Shown here piece after piece: positions 63,701 through 64,000 of a stretch of 64,000 nucleotides of DNA (position 1 is its first letter; the number at the start of each line of letters is the position of its first letter). Origin of the DNA: Macrostomum lignano (Eukaryota); assembly GCA_002269645.1 (NCBI GenBank), contig NIVC01001876.1, forward strand, positions 119,118 through 183,117, written 5' to 3'. The notes under the pieces are model-generated. The model had not been told where the DNA came from, searched no databases, and saw only the letters and a program-made list of their open reading frames with translations. Position numbers and translations under genes: made by a program.

Positions 63701-64000
63701 TGAGTTCTGACTTTTCAAAACAGACCCAGCATTAGTTGAACATGTTCTATTAAAGGGTTCCTTTATAGCGTATTAATGATTACTAAAGCAAGCCTATCTT
63801 AATTGATTTCTTTTCCTCGCAGCTTCTGAAGTCAGCAACGCCAGCGACATGCCTAAGAGACAAGAATGCGCTTTAACGATCAGCAGCGAGCATTCTGATC
63901 TCGCCGCTGCATCCGTCATTTGGTTCACTTGCTGCTCACAAGCCGCAGCAGCAGCAGCAGCAGCAGCAGCCGCTATCCGTGCAGGCAGTCAGTCTATTTG
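60708..64000 (+). CDS. Putative repeated coding exons of an unknown gene: 60708-60896, then 61283-61531, 61918-62166, 62553-62801, 63188-63436, 63823-(truncated)
   Basis: Each exon has a polypyrimidine acceptor (TTTCTTTTCCTCGCAG) and a G|GTGAGT donor. The lengths are 189 and 249 nt, both multiples of 3 and phase 1-1. Only that frame is stop-free. No homology was recognised. Confidence 0.55.
60726..64000. repeat. 635-bp tandem array, more than 5 near-identical copies, running off the window end
   Basis: Identical ORFs recur every 635 bp (61309, 61944, 62579, 63214). Only isolated substitutions were seen between copies. Confidence 0.98.

Noticed and set aside
60726-64000. 635-bp array as a 5S rDNA, SL-RNA, snRNA or histone repeat
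   Set aside because: I recognised no 5S, snRNA, Sm-site/leader or histone sequence. The unit instead has paired acceptor and donor sites around an open exon.

Overview
Eukaryotic (metazoan) genomic DNA with spliceosomal introns and very high simple-repeat content. The intron-filling minisatellites and gene style resemble the flatworm Macrostomum; this is inference and was not verified. Four + strand genes lie in series: TFIIE-beta/GTF2E2 (10432-13046, with a 1-nt frameshift), Rab3 (16697-18791, with a GC-AG intron), TRMT11 (20839-24653) and CABLES (25508-37116). A - strand neuromedin-U/pyrokinin-type GPCR (50871-44214) follows, then a nicotinic-receptor-like Cys-loop subunit encoded almost entirely in one exon (about 55333-56597). 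The window ends inside a near-identical 635-bp tandem array in which each unit carries a frame-preserving 249-nt exon plus an intron. The first 10 kb is AT-rich and CpG-depleted. It holds a complete Merlin (IS1595/ISXO2-like) DNA transposon with TIRs, an 8-bp TSD and an intron, plus foldback/MITE elements. A CORE-type tRNA SINE and three Tc1/mariner derivatives sit between GTF2E2 and Rab3. Most long introns carry their own distinct minisatellite. No CRISPR array, rRNA or intact tRNA gene is supported. Exon coordinates were derived by hand; repeat boundaries are approximate.
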